From assembly GCA_951406725.2 (NCBI GenBank), contig OX597818.1:119412001-119476000 (forward strand): DNA of 64,000 nt, in the 5' to 3' direction. Source of the stretch: Octopus vulgaris. Its lineage: Eukaryota. The notes beneath the pieces are model-generated. The model saw only the letters and a program-made list of their open reading frames with translations. It searched no databases and was not told the origin of the DNA. Below, piece by piece: positions 41,490 through 54,854 of the stretch (its first letter is position 1; each line of letters starts with the position of its first letter). The translations under genes were made by a program, and so were the position numbers.

Positions 41490-41700
41490 GCTCCCATAAA
41501 TTCCAAAACAAACTTTAGCATTTATGGACGGTCGTTTTTGCACTCCATGTTAAAATTGACACTGAACTAAAAGCTGTAAGCAAAAATACACGCAATGTGC
41601 TTCTAAAGTAAACTAGAAGTAACAGCTATCAAATGTCAAAAGGAAAAAGAAAATTATAACATTGACAAAAAAAAATCGTAACTCTCTTTGCGAAAAATGT
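41490..41700 (-). mobile_element. Mariner 5' fragment related to 47638-48897
   Basis: TCCATGTTAAAATTGACACTGAACTAA is shared with 48710-48736. Confidence 0.7.
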
Positions 41701-42614
41701 ACATGAATTCCAAAAGTGCATCTCTAGATTGGCACATGCCAACGTTATCTCTTTGACTAGGAAAAAAGAAAACACAAGTACTGCTCATATCAAGAATATT
41801 TCATAACAAAACACATTCCATAATTATGAGCAGCGCACATTTAGAACCGTCGCAGTCTTTCCGAAAGTTAGGCGATCCTTCCAGATAAATGCACGCGCTT
41901 AAAATAGTGAGATAAACATAGTGAGATAAACACAAAGGAACATATTCGTATATTTTCTACACCGCTGATACAGGATGTGTTATTCCACATGTCATTTAGT
42001 TTCCTCTTCCTTTGTTAATCTGAGAGCAACGACAAGCTCATTTTGCGAAGTTACGATTCATAATTTCTATTCTTGTATAGGTAAATAATGGCAACTTGTC
42101 TCTCATGACAGGTTGCTATTACGATACATTTTTACCTCGATAAACTAATTATATCTAATAATTCTCCTTGACTACTAAACGCTATCCAAAGCCTTCTTGT
42201 CATATATGCTTTTGTGAGTGACGTGTAAATTAACGTTTACAATTCGAAAAATAGCTGTATTTTTCTCATTTTACAAAGTGTATCTGCTTCTTTAAGAGAT
42301 TCAGTTTTCCTCTGTATGTATATGTTTGGGGTTAGTATCGTTATATTTAAAGTTAATTTCCTTGGGGGTACTTCCGCTGATCTAACTAGAGAGGCCATAT
42401 TGAAAAGAAATGTAAATAGACGAAAATTAAATAAATTCTAATAAGTTTGAAAACAGTTTTTATTTCCTCCAGCATTGAGCAGCATTCTTCACTTTCGAAA
42501 GATCCGTTTGAAAATAATCCGAAAAGAGAAAACTTTACATTCAGGGAAGTTGGTAAAAATCTAAGTATCGTCGAAGCGGACAAGATGCTCAGACGTGTAC
42601 GACAGACCTAATAA

Positions 42615-43070
42615 TCCTTTCTACTATGAGATCGAGGCCTTAAATTTGGAGGGGAAGGGTGCTAGTCGATTACACCAACCTCATTATTTAACTGGTATTC
42701 ATTTTATCGATTCCAAAAAGATGAAAGTGACAATCGACCTCGGTGGAATTTGAACTTAAGACGGACGAAATCCGTCTAGGTATTTTGTGCAGCATGCCTA
42801 ACAATTCTGCCAGCTCACCATATCTTATAAGAATAAGAACAATAATTATAAAATTTCAAACTGTGGCGTAATGTCAACAATTTTACGGGGTGAAGTTATC
42901 AGCTGATTCCACAGACTCCAGTACTTCCTGGTACATTATTTTATTGGATCTGATGGGATAAAACGCCATGATGACTGCCACTGGTTTTGGACATGAAACG
43001 TAAAATGCCGGAAGAAATGCCGCTAAGAATTTTTCCGAGACACTAACAATTCTGCTAGCTCGCTGTCTAA
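42615..43070 (-). mobile_element. Two degenerate family B SINEs
   Basis: Core and head motifs recognisable twice. Confidence 0.7.
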
Positions 43071-43249
43071 ATCACAACAATAGCAATCGTTGTTTACTCG
43101 CTACACGGGCAACAAAACACATTTAGAGCAATACAAAGACAAACGATAATAGAGATTTCCATAAACACAAGTAAACAAAATCATGTTCCTGTAGTTGGTC
43201 AATTTATTTCAACACCGAACAGATGTCAGTGTATTTTAAAAGGATCCAA

Positions 43250-44260
43250 CCTCAGGAACGAAAACAGCCCACATGAGAATATCCGTAAAGTATTTATGTC
43301 ATTCCCAATCGAACGTTTTTGACTGATTTAAACAGTTCAGCATCTCACCCATGCCAGTTTCTTTACTCGTCCTTTTTATGGTGTATCGCGTGACACGGAG
43401 GTATCTTTGCTGACCTGTTTCAGATGTCACATGTCTGCGTTTCACAGACCAGTTTATTGACATTTACACATCTCTTAACTAACACCTTGACCAAATTCTT
43501 CGACACAGCAACTAGCATAGACACGGGTCTGAAGCTGCTAAAACCATTCACTTCGTTCGAGCCCTTCCTGAACAACACCGTTAACCTTCGTTTCGCAGTT
43601 CTACTGCCAGTTGCAGAAGACATCTGTCAAGAGAATTCCGAACAGATCTATTGTGTGAAGAAGCTCGTAGGTCGTGCAACCAGCCATCGCTTCCTGTATT
43701 TCATGTGCTGTTATCAGCCTTTCACAGAGCTCCATATAAGTAACCAAAAGCCATGATACATTGTCGAAGTAGGCGTTGAAATCCATTTACCTCTTCTACC
43801 TGCCATTCTCCCCTTAAAGCTGAGTAGAGTGTCATTGAAAAAGCCACTCATATCCGCTGGGAATCGAGAAGGTCGGGGCCCTGCCGACCCGTCAAGACAC
43901 CAAAATATGATTTGGAAGCATTTTGCGCTTCTTTCATTCAGGACCATCGACTGGCTTCCAGTTCTCCATGCATGAGAGTACTCGCTCCAGTTCTGACAAC
44001 TTAATCTTTGCGCTTTGTCAAACTGGCCGCCAGCATTTCAGTCGAAATGATTTTGCTAAGCGCCTCTGCTAGATTCCTAACAGGCCTGACCTCACTTCTA
44101 GAATTTTATATCCCTATTTGCTTATTAAACTGCAGAAACGCTAATCTAATTCTGCTTTGTAGGGATAAGCGTTGGCGATTCACCTGTCGATTTTCTCTTA
44201 ACTAGTTCTCTAATCTAGTTCGCTAGGTTTAGCGCGACGAATAAATTGATTTTAGTTTCC
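43250..44260 (-). mobile_element. Degraded L1/Tx1-like LINE ORF2 fragment
   Basis: ERLITAHEIQEAM and LTVLFRKG...FRPVSMLVAVSKNLVKVL (cf. RT RPISLLN.D.KIL.K.L). Ends approximate. Confidence 0.6.
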
Positions 44261-45284
44261 CGCAATCGGTGATGTTATGAATGCTCAGATTTCATAAATA
44301 TTGAATGTGACTTATATGTAATCATCCTAGATGAAATAAATGCAGGATCATTCCTCATACGCTCAAGTTTAACTGCGTATTACATATACTACCTGCAGTA
44401 TACTGCCTACAAATCCCTAATTTGTAGCCTCGGTCGCTGAATTTTCAATTGTGGACAGCCTATCTGGTGACCAACAAAATATTGTGCCCACATAGGGTCC
44501 GGATAATTCGATAATGATTGTCCATACCCTCCAAAAGATAAAGAACAAACAAAAAAGCAAGGAGAAATGCGTTTTGCCTCACATCGAAGAATTTTACACT
44601 TCTTCGCAAAGCAAAGCAATTGCTAGATGATTTAAAACATTTACCTAAGTGTTTCTGGGAAATTTTTGTACAGATTAACAACAGAAATAATGCGAAACCT
44701 GTGAAAGACAAAGTTTTATAAAAGAATTTTCAAACAAACTTTGATCAAATTTTTGAAGAACTTAGACTGGCCGTGCACTTTTTCTCAGCTCCCTCAGCAC
44801 CAAGCACAAATTTACTCGGGGTTGGCATTTTAGGAAGGAGCCAGTGAGTGAACATTGAAACTATGAACAAGTTGATAGAAGTAGGAGGGCATAGTTTTGA
44901 GGATATTTAGTCTGGTTCAGGCAGAGATCCTTCCTCACTGCACGCGCTGGTATGAGCACATTCGTGTTTTGAGTTTCCATTCTGTGTTACTGTTTTCCTA
45001 AGTGTTCTCAATGAGCTTGTGATTAAGAAGCTCGAAGACAGATGCAAAGGAAAGAAAACTTTATCCTTAAGTCGAAAACTTGTTCCAGAGGCTTCCAAAA
45101 TGAGTAACCGCTCTCAAAGTATCAGCCGTTATATTACTCCGGTTGGTGGTTTATGTCTACAAAGTATGAAGGGCATAGCCATGTCATTACCTGTAATCAG
45201 GATGCCAGGAGTCCGACTTTTTGCTGTACTCCTCAACCCATCACTCCGGATGATTCTTTTGTTATCGATTCTGAATTAATTGCT

Positions 45285-45545
45285 TCAAATTTTTGCTCAA
45301 GGCCAGCAGTTTTAGGGAAGAGGTAAGTCGATTATGTAGACCCCAGTATTCAACGGGCACATATTTTATCGAATCCGTAAGGATGGAAAGCAGAGTCGAT
45401 CCCGACAGAATTTGAAGTCTCAAAGTGAAGACGGACGAAACACCGCTAAGCCTTTTTGTATGGCGTCTTATACTACTGGCAGCTCGTCGCCTTACATGTC
45501 GATCCTGAAATAATGAAAGTGAACTCGATGTCGGCGGGAATTAAA
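45285..45545 (-). mobile_element. Degenerate family B SINE plus partial second core
   Basis: GTCGATTATGTAGACCCCAGT...GGATGGAAAGCAGAGTCGA. Confidence 0.7.
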
Positions 45546-47637
45546 CTCATACCAAATGGTATCAAAACACATATCACTCTACCAGTTCGAAGCCTTGGTA
45601 AAAATTCGAAGCTATTTACCGTAGCGCAGTAGTGTTGCTGCTTTTTCAGTTATTTCTAATCGTCTGCTTTTGAAATTGTTTTTAGAAAGACAACAATAAA
45701 AGTATGGTAAACTTTATTGCTTACATCACTTTAACCTGGTGGCTATTCTGCGAAACAGGATTTCTGAAACCAGTTCATTTACTCCTACTTCCATCTTATT
45801 AATGTTGCCATGTTATAAAATTAAAAGTAAAACCACAGACTTGATTCCCCACACTGTTTACGTTAATCAAAATATATAATTCAAATTTAAATATTATCTT
45901 TATTTTTAATTACTTTGATGTAAGTCAACAGTTTGGTTTCATTTCAAACTTCACTTCCGCATTAAGCTATGTAAATAAATCGCTCAATATTCCGGCAGCA
46001 GAACTAAGCTCATATTCCATTCACTCCTTTACGAAAAGCTAAAGTCGTTTGAATTATACCAATTAAAGAAGAGAATGGTCGACAAATATTTTTCTTGGCA
46101 TCTTCTCCGGTTATATTATTAACAATTTTGTTTTCTTTGTTTTACTGGTGTGTTTTTCTTGGATAATGCGATCCATTCTTATCATTGCTGAAAATCCCAA
46201 GGCGATAAATTTCTTATTACTGTTCACTTGAAAGCAGCTTATTTAGCTTAAAGGCTCCACGTAGCTGGAACTTCACAGTTTCTATTTTACTATTTCGAGC
46301 TTCTACATCGAATTCCTGTCTGGTTTCGCACTTATTCTTCGGTCTTTTTGGCAGATAATATTTCTATATCAGTGATAAATTACAATATCACCATAGTGTT
46401 ACTTAACACTAGCTCACACCTGATTGAGCAGAACCATGATCTATAGGCATTACCCGCGTGATAATCATAAATTTTGCACGGGTATAGCGTACCAAATATA
46501 GTATACTCCTATGTGTCTCTCTTTTCAATACAATAATTTGTAATTTTGAGGGACATTTAGCTGATATCACGAGTCAATCTATATAAACATACACGTTGGG
46601 TAATGGAGAACTATACAATTTTTATTATTCTGTCGGAAGTTTGTGAGTTCAAACCGAAATTGCCTTGTTAAACCACCTTTCAATCGTTTCAGTAAAAAGA
46701 TGCTACTTTATAAGAAACAGGTGTTATGGGATGTTATATAGGTTGACTCACGAACAAAAGATTATGGTGGTGCCAGGACTTTTATTATGCTCTTCAGAAT
46801 TTCCTATTCTACACCCATGTAAAAAATGCGATCGAAGAAAGTCGGTATTGGAAGTATATGCATATTTCAGGAGTTATTGTTCTTTCAAGAGTTATCGCTC
46901 TTTATTGGTATATATGTACATCTAATACCTTTATCACTCTCTCTCCCTCCCGCTATCTTTTTCCCCTCTTGTCTCTCTTTCTGTCTCCTCCACTCTCCTT
47001 TCTTCTTTCGCTCCCTCTCACATGTATATTAAGAATATGGACTTTCAGTTACTCTGGCTCAAAATCCTCTAAATACATCTGCTCTTTCTACCATACTCTG
47101 AATCCCAGCTCTAATCACCAACAACTAATTGACTCTTTTTCTTTCTGCAACCACGACATACAGCGCTCTGCACTCAATTGTGAAGTAATTGTTCTCCGTA
47201 TTTCCAAAAGCTGGATACAGAAATTGGATGTTTTCGCAATCCTGCTCCAACCACCTTGTCCTACGTGTTGGCACTATTATCATTCTCAATGTTTTCCATC
47301 TCTAGTCAAGGCTCGGTCCAACCTTCAACCAGCGACTTACTGAAACTGCCAACCACTCATTCACATACTGCTATGCGCCCCACCCAATTCTTATGTGCTG
47401 TGACACACTACAAGACAGCTGACTGAGTGGTGGGAGCTCTGCTAGCTTAATGCTAAGCTTCCCCCGAAATGCAGGTGCAGTGCCTCAGATATATTCTACA
47501 GTAGAGCCATACTATTCTCGTCATTTTAATGATGCGACAACGCAGTTCACGTTTCGATAATACAATCTCGTGAATGCCATCTAAGCATGGTTAACAGGCA
47601 ATACAAAATGCCTCCTTTAAATTCTTTGTCTTATGCA

Positions 47638-48897
47638 TTGGGTTGGCAAGAAAGTAATTTCGGTTTTTTAGTGTAAAATAAAAGTCATTCTTTTTTTCAT
47701 AGAAAGAATGTGTTTTAATCAATTATATATTTTCTATTTTGTTCGATGACCTTTGGCCAGCTTTCTGGCAACTTGATGATTCTACATTCTTAGAATTTAT
47801 TGTCCTTATCAGCCAAAAACTGAAGCAAGTGTGATTTCAAGTCGTCATGATTATTGAAAGTTTCACCATTCAAAGAATTTTGCAAATTTTGAAATAAATG
47901 GTAATCTGATGGTGCAAGGTCAGGACTATGTGATGGATGTGACATCACTTCCCAACCAAGCTCCAGTAATTTTTCAAGACCTAGTAAAGACGTGTGTGGT
48001 CTAGTGTTGTCATGGTAGAACACGATTCCTTTACGATTTACCAATTCTGGCCACTTTTTTTTTTTGCTTCCTCCAGTTTCATTAGTTGTTAACAGTAAAC
48101 ATCTGAATTGATCGTTTAGTTCCTTGAAAGCAGCTCAAAATACCCAACCTTTGTAATCCCACCAAATTGACAACATAATGCGATCCAGCATTCGATGTTG
48201 TTTGTGCTGGTTCATTACGCTTGGAGCATGATCATTTTTGATTGATCATATTGAAGACAACCCATTTTTCATCACCGGTGATGAGTCGCTTAAAAAAAGG
48301 TCGATTTCATTGCGTTTGAGATGCATATCACAAATATTGATTCGTTGGGTTAAGTGACACTCTTTAAATTTATGTGGAACCCAATTAATGAGCTTCTTAA
48401 TTGGTCCAAGACATTTTGCGTGATTTTCAATTGTTGCTTGTGATACATTTAATCTCTTTGCAATGTCTCGCACAGTTGTATGGCAATCAGGTTCAATTAT
48501 CACTTTGATTCGGTCCTCATCAACTTCAGAAGGTCGACCAGAATGTTGGTTATCTTTGAGGGAAAAATCTCCAAAACGGAATTTTTAAAACTTTTTCTGA
48601 CACGTACTTTCTGTTAAGCAATCATCACCCTAAACTTCACATATCTTTTTATGAGCCTTACATTTAAAGAAATCAAAAGCAAATATGGCGAAAATGTTCG
48701 TTTTTGCAATCCATGTTAAAATTGACACTGAACTAACAACTTTTAACAAACTTAGGAGCAATTTTCTTCGAAAATAAGCTAAATGTAATGGCTATCAAAT
48801 GGGAAAAGGAAACAATCATAACATGGACTAAAGTCATGAAATAAATTCGTAATTCTATCGATTTGCGAAACACGAAATTACCTTCTTGCCAACCCAA
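47638..48897 (-). mobile_element. Full-length (1260 bp) degraded mariner transposon
   Basis: TIRs TTGGGTTGGCAAGAA(A/G)GTAATTTCG at both ends, TA (CA on left) flanks; WVPHK, YHDNTRPH and HSPDLAPSDYHLF motifs with frameshifts. Confidence 0.93.
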
Positions 48898-50024
48898 TAA
48901 AACTAAGGGTATTTCTTGTGGATTAAAACTTCATAACAAGGCAAAGACAGCAGCACCTGGTTTAGCCTTTCTCTTCATAACAAGAAAATACATAGATTCC
49001 CCACAAGTATTGAGATCAAGACCTCTATAAGACTCAAGTCAGACTAGCAATGATATGGAGTAGTGAAATTACACACACAGACTTTCTATGTGTTTACTCA
49101 GAAAATTGCAGCTATTCAAGTGCAGCGCAGCATGAATTGTATCACGTACACCCTTCTTCGGGTGCCTACGAAAGCCGGGTGCGCTGCCCATTCCATGGCA
49201 ATTTCGATCGTGAAAAGAAATGGTATTCAAATTTTGGACAGTACTGTTTCAATTTTTATAACTCTTTCGTTAATCTCCTAATAATTATACTAATTCGATA
49301 TCACCAAATCTTAACATTTACTCGTAACTGCTGTGGTTAAAGGTTTAGAGCACCACAAATCGTTTGCTTAATGAGTTGTAAATACAGCAACTTGTTTTTT
49401 ACGTTATTGATATTTGACAGCGTAGTTAAACCGACATGTTCTCTCCTCGATGCTTGTCTCATGGACAGATTGTTGTTTGTTCATGCGTTAAATAATCTAT
49501 AAATGTTGATAAGAAGACATGTTTTTCTTTTCTTTCTGAATGGCTAACAACAACAATACACTGACATGAGAAAATAATGTAAAAGAAGCGTGTGCTATTG
49601 AGGAACGTAACATATATTGGGTCTATTGGCTTGACAGATAACAATATTGATTGGCATCTGCTGCTTTCAGTAATTTTGAGGCTTTCTATTGATTTTACTT
49701 TTACAAAAGAACAATTTCGATATACATTTCTGGAAGAGAGATAAAAAAAAAATTGCTTAAATACTGGATATATATAATTGAATAAATCCTCATATATACA
49801 CACCCCTTCATTTCAACTGCTACATATATCGTATGCAGATAGCTTCTTTAGAAGGATCAGATGCTAGCATGTAGCTTCTTATCAAAAATGTATTCTACAT
49901 TGGATGGCATTTCTACAAGGCACAGCGGATATTGATTGTATTTCATTTTTTTCTTTTTGGGACATTTCACGTTATCTGCCTCACTTAATTCACTAGTCAT
50001 CTATCTCTCACACTTTCTCTCCCT

Positions 50025-50132
50025 CAAACTCTCTCTCTCTCATCCACTCTTTCTCTCTCTCTATATATATATATATACATATATACACAAAATATATATA
50101 TGTGTGTGTGTCTGTATACATACATATGTGCG

Positions 50133-50165
<33 letters not shown>

Positions 50166-50177
50166 ACATATATATAC

Positions 50178-50254
<77 letters not shown>

Positions 50255-50370
50255 ATATACAAATATACATACATACATATATATATATGCATCTATATAT
50301 ATATATATATATATATATATGCATATCAATATACACATATAGAGATACACACAGAGACATACATACATAC

Positions 50371-50417
<47 letters not shown>

Positions 50418-50432
50418 CATGTATATGTATGT
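50025..50432. repeat. Compound CT/TA/TACA microsatellite
   Basis: Direct reading. Confidence 0.95.
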
Positions 50433-50796
50433 ATCCGGTTTTTATGTTTGCTCTTCGCTCTATAAATGCCATGCTGGAAAACCATCTTCGAGAATACTTA
50501 TCGTATCAATCTCAAAAGAATTAAAATAAAAAGCAAATTTCTCAACGGAAAATATTTTATCTTTCCATATGAAGGTACATAACTACGAATTTATTTCAAC
50601 CGCATTCCGCCAGTTCTGCAATCATCTCCATTCAGAACGTGAGACAAGCGTGTCTTATACTGATGGTAATTGCCTAATATATGTCGTTCACTTCCTGTAA
50701 AGAGAAATAAAGTTGTTATTGACATATTATCATGAAATATATATGCGTGTGCACATGCATGTGTTATGTATGTATGCATATATATTCATATATATA

Positions 50797-50848
<52 letters not shown>

Positions 50849-51454
50849 TGTATGTATCTATCTTTATTCATATATAGGTGGGGGAGGAGGAGGAGGAGGG
50901 GGGGGAAACTACATGTGGATTGTTGGCGATTTTTCCCCTGTCACCTGTTTCTGAAGAAGTGCTTTGCTCGAAACGTAAAAAGAAACATTTTTTATGTCCT
51001 TCCCTGAACGTACCACGTCATTGCGTTATGTTTTCTTCTCTTTTTTACCCCGTTTTGCTTTATTAATCATATACATATAAACCCTCAGCAAAGCCCCAAA
51101 TTTTATTTTTCTTTGTGGGAGCAACTGTTTTATCGAAACCGTTGATTGTTGTTATATGCTCGAAATACGAGACTAGAAAGACAACCAACAGCTGATGAAG
51201 GGTCGTTCTCTATGCTGCTTGTTTTGTTGTCCATTTGTGTCTTTCGTTGTTCGAAAGAATAATTCATGTTGCATGTATTCGTGCTTCGTATTTTATGTAT
51301 GTATGTATGTATGGATGGATGGGTGCATTCATGCATGTATGCTTATGTCATTATTCAGTTTTATTTCAAGATTTATTTCTACTAGAGAAATAGTCGGTTT
51401 CTAACTTAGATCCAAGACTCTTTCAACAACAACATCAACAGGGTATATTTGCAA

Positions 51455-51578
51455 GGCGTAGGGGTGGCTATATGGTAAGTAGTTTGCTTACGAACCACAT
51501 GGTTCCGGGTTCAGTCTCACTGTGTGGCACCTTGGGCAAGTGTCTTCTACTATAGCCTCGGGCCGACCAAAGCCTTGT
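51455..51578 (+). mobile_element. SINE family A head
   Basis: Family match, truncated into microsatellites. Confidence 0.85.
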
Positions 51579-51815
51579 ATATTTGTCAGTCTGTCTGTCT
51601 GTATGTATGTACGTATGAATGACTCTGTCTGTATGTATGTGTGTGTATGTGTGTATGTATGTATGTATGTATGTATGTATGTGTATGTATGTCTGCATAT
51701 CTGCTTGTCTGTCTGTGTGGATGTATGTATGTATGTATGAGACTACGTATTCATGTATGTCACACATACATATACATACAAAAAATACAGAAAACACATA
51801 CGTACAATCATACAC

Positions 51816-51855
<40 letters not shown>

Positions 51856-51856
<1 letters not shown>

Positions 51857-51868
51857 GATAGATAATAT

Positions 51869-51927
<59 letters not shown>

Positions 51928-51954
51928 TAGATAGATAGATAGATGAATTGCTAG

Positions 51955-52000
<46 letters not shown>
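51856..52000. repeat. (GATA)n, (CA)n and (TA)n tracts
   Basis: Direct reading. Confidence 0.96.
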
Positions 52001-52002
52001 CT

Positions 52003-53121
52003 ATCGCTCACATTTTTCGTCATAAAAATTATATAAAAATACATAAAAAATATATAAAAAATATATAAAAATATATAAATTCTTCTTGGGACATAACATA
52101 GAAAGCATGTTCTATCTGTTTTCTTTAGGGGACCAAAAACGTAACAGAAACTTAGTCACATGTGGGCATGATCCGAAAAGCTCTGTCCTTGTATTTAGAC
52201 ATGTAGTAGGGTCTAAGCTGCTTTTCCAGATAAGCCATCTCTCCATGTCGCATAGACCGCACCTTCCGCTGCCGTTAGTATAGGGCTTACATCTGGCCAA
52301 AATCTTCCATTGTATGTTATAATCGACACCTTTATCTCTTAAAGACCAAATATGATTAGACAATTGTGTCGCTTTTCTTTTGTTCCAGTGCCTAAAGCTC
52401 AAAGTGTGGTTATTGAACCTGGCCTTGAAATTACCCTCTGTAAGGCCCACGTATTTCTTCATCGAAACGGTGTCTTTAGTGGTTATAGAGTTTACGGTAG
52501 CTTCATATATGATGGTCTTGGACATGCAAGCTCCATTTAGCGGGCACAATTCTTTATTCCTGCATGAACAGCTGTTTTCTTCTTGTGTTTTTTGTATGTT
52601 ATGTTTGATTATGTTTTTAAAATTGGTAGTTGAACTAAAACTAATTTTTAAATTGTGTCTATTGAAGAGTTTCCTATAAGTATGGTTAACTGGAAAATGT
52701 CTATCTATCAGTGCTAGGAAATATTTACCTATATTGAAGGCCACCTCGGGTGAGTAAGGGGCGTAAACCAGATGACCTTCCTATTTCTATTATTCCTTTT
52801 CTTTACTGTTGGGCTAGTGATAGGTGTATATTTTATTTTATCGCTAAAACCACTATCTTTTAAAGCCTTATTATAAACTGGGGCAACGCTATTGAAGATG
52901 TCCTCATCAGATGAGAGGCTAGAAATCCTCTTACTAATATTTTTAACTAAATTTTTGAATACTATAGGGGGATGGCATGAACCTACATTGATATAACTTA
53001 GTCTATCATTGGGCTTCCTATAAGGCTTATAAATATTCTTATTAAGATCTAAGGAAACGTCTAAGAAATTGACAACCGTCAAGTTAGTATCTATAGTTAT
53101 ACTAAGTCCGGACTTCGGACT
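52003..53121 (-). mobile_element. Penelope-like retroelement, 5'-truncated (RT thumb + GIY-YIG endonuclease)
   Basis: VNFLDVSLDL..YRKPND..HPP (RT end), IWFTPP linker, CSCR..CPL.G.C, IIY..V / YVGLTEG.FK.R...H, CGLC..E, LNTR.E; one frameshift near 52760. Confidence 0.92.
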
Positions 53122-54160
53122 TAGAAATAGGAAGGTCATCTGGTTTACGCCCCCTTACTCACCCGAGGTGGCCTTCAATATAGGTAAATATTTCCTAGCA
53201 CTGATAGATAGACATTTTCCAGTTAACCATACTTATAGGAAACTCTTCAATAGACACAATTTAAAAATTAGTTTTAGTTCAACTACCAATTTTAAAAACA
53301 TAATCAAACATAACATACAAAAAACACAAGAAGAAAACAGCTGTTCATGCAGGAATAAAGAATTGTGCCCGCTAAATGGAGCTTGCATGTCCAAGACCAT
53401 CATATATGAAACTACCGTAAACTCTATAACCACTAAAGACACCGTTTCGATGAAGAAATACGTGGGCCTTACAGAGGGTAATTTCAAGGCCAGGTTCAAT
53501 AACCACACTTTGAGCTTTAGGCACTGGAACAAAATAAAAGCGATATACAATTGTCTAATCATATTTGGTCTTTAAGAGATATAAGGTGTCGATTATAACA
53601 TACAATGGAAGATTTTGGCCAGATGTAAGCCCTATACTAACGGCAGCGGAAGGTGCGGTCTATGCGATGCATGGAGAAATGGCTTATCTGGAAAAGCAGC
53701 TTAGACCCTACTACATGTCTAAATACAAGGACAGAGCTTTTCGGATCATGCCCACATGTGACTAAGTTTCTGTTACGTTTTTGGTCCCCGTTTAACGAAA
53801 ACAGATAGAACATGCTTTCTATGTTATGTCCCAAGAAGAATTTATATATTTTTATATATTTTTTATATATTTTTTATGTATTTTTATATAATTTTTATGA
53901 CGAAAAATGCGAGCGATGTATAAGTACGCAGGCAAGCAGAGTTATAACAGAGTAATTTCCCTTTATTTAACGGTATTTTTTCATAACGTTTTCAAATAGC
54001 CAGATAACCGAAGAGATGGTGTTGTGGATTTCCACTGGCATCTGAAACTCAGAGTTTTATCTTGACTACCGAGTAATGTAACATATTGTATAGATAAATT
54101 TCCTCTATTTACATAATATTGAGGTCTCTTTCTTTCTTTTGTTATCTTACCGTTTTATCA
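53122..54160 (+). mobile_element. Inverted second arm of the same PLE, with longer 3' end
   Basis: 53122-53917 is the near-identical reverse complement of 52003-52789; about 240 bp more run to (TA)n at 54161. Confidence 0.9.
54002..54062 (+). ncRNA. Type I hammerhead-ribozyme-like motif in the PLE 3' end
   Basis: Stem I AGATAA/TTATCT, core CCGAAGA...GAAA, stem II GATG/CATC capped by GTGGA/TCCAC, stem III ACTC/GAGT. Confidence 0.55.
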
Positions 54161-54177
54161 ATATATATATATATATA

Positions 54178-54219
<42 letters not shown>

Positions 54220-54854
54220 TACATACATACATGCATACATATATACATACATATACATATGTAAATGTATGTATGTGTAATGTCTATATGCAATAAAATG
54301 TGTAAAAGCGGCCGGGCTTAAAAGTCATATAAGGGCTTCACATGGCAACAATCATGAATCATTTCAGTAAGTCTTCTTGGCAATGGCCTTTCTCGTTTAA
54401 CGAGGATGCACCTGTTATGTCTAACATTAGCACGTATCCACATTAACGCCATCTCAGTTCAAGCCTTTCATGGCAACATTTTTCTGCATATCTAGTTCTT
54501 CGTAAAGTAAACATTTCTGTTGAGCTGGTAATGACTGACCCAGATATTAAGCTATGTTTTATTCAGTTCTGCAGAGAGAGCTATGGGATTTAACTTAAGA
54601 GATATTGGGATATTTTTTTCTAAGACAGATTAAGTGAATGTATATTGAACATACGGATACGCAAAAACATATATTTAAAATTCCATCGATTAACACGCTG
54701 TCATATTACGTTAATATTGAAGTCAGTTATTAAGGCTACATTAAATAATTCTGATCGGCTATTTAAACTCCATTTATTTATAATAAACACATACATACAT
54801 ACATACATCCATCCATACATACATGCATACATACATACATACATACATACATAC

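Noticed and set aside
47040-47490. Possible LINE APE-domain remnant (YICSFY...EVIVL)
   Set aside because: The diagnostic GDFN motif is missing, so the resemblance is too weak to call.
51193-51260. CTGATGA...GAAA as another hammerhead
   Set aside because: No convincing stems could be drawn.
53069-53575. 168-aa + strand ORF as a separate endonuclease gene
   Set aside because: Its N-terminus is antisense RT sequence read through the inversion junction; it is the inverted PLE arm and frameshifts before the end.
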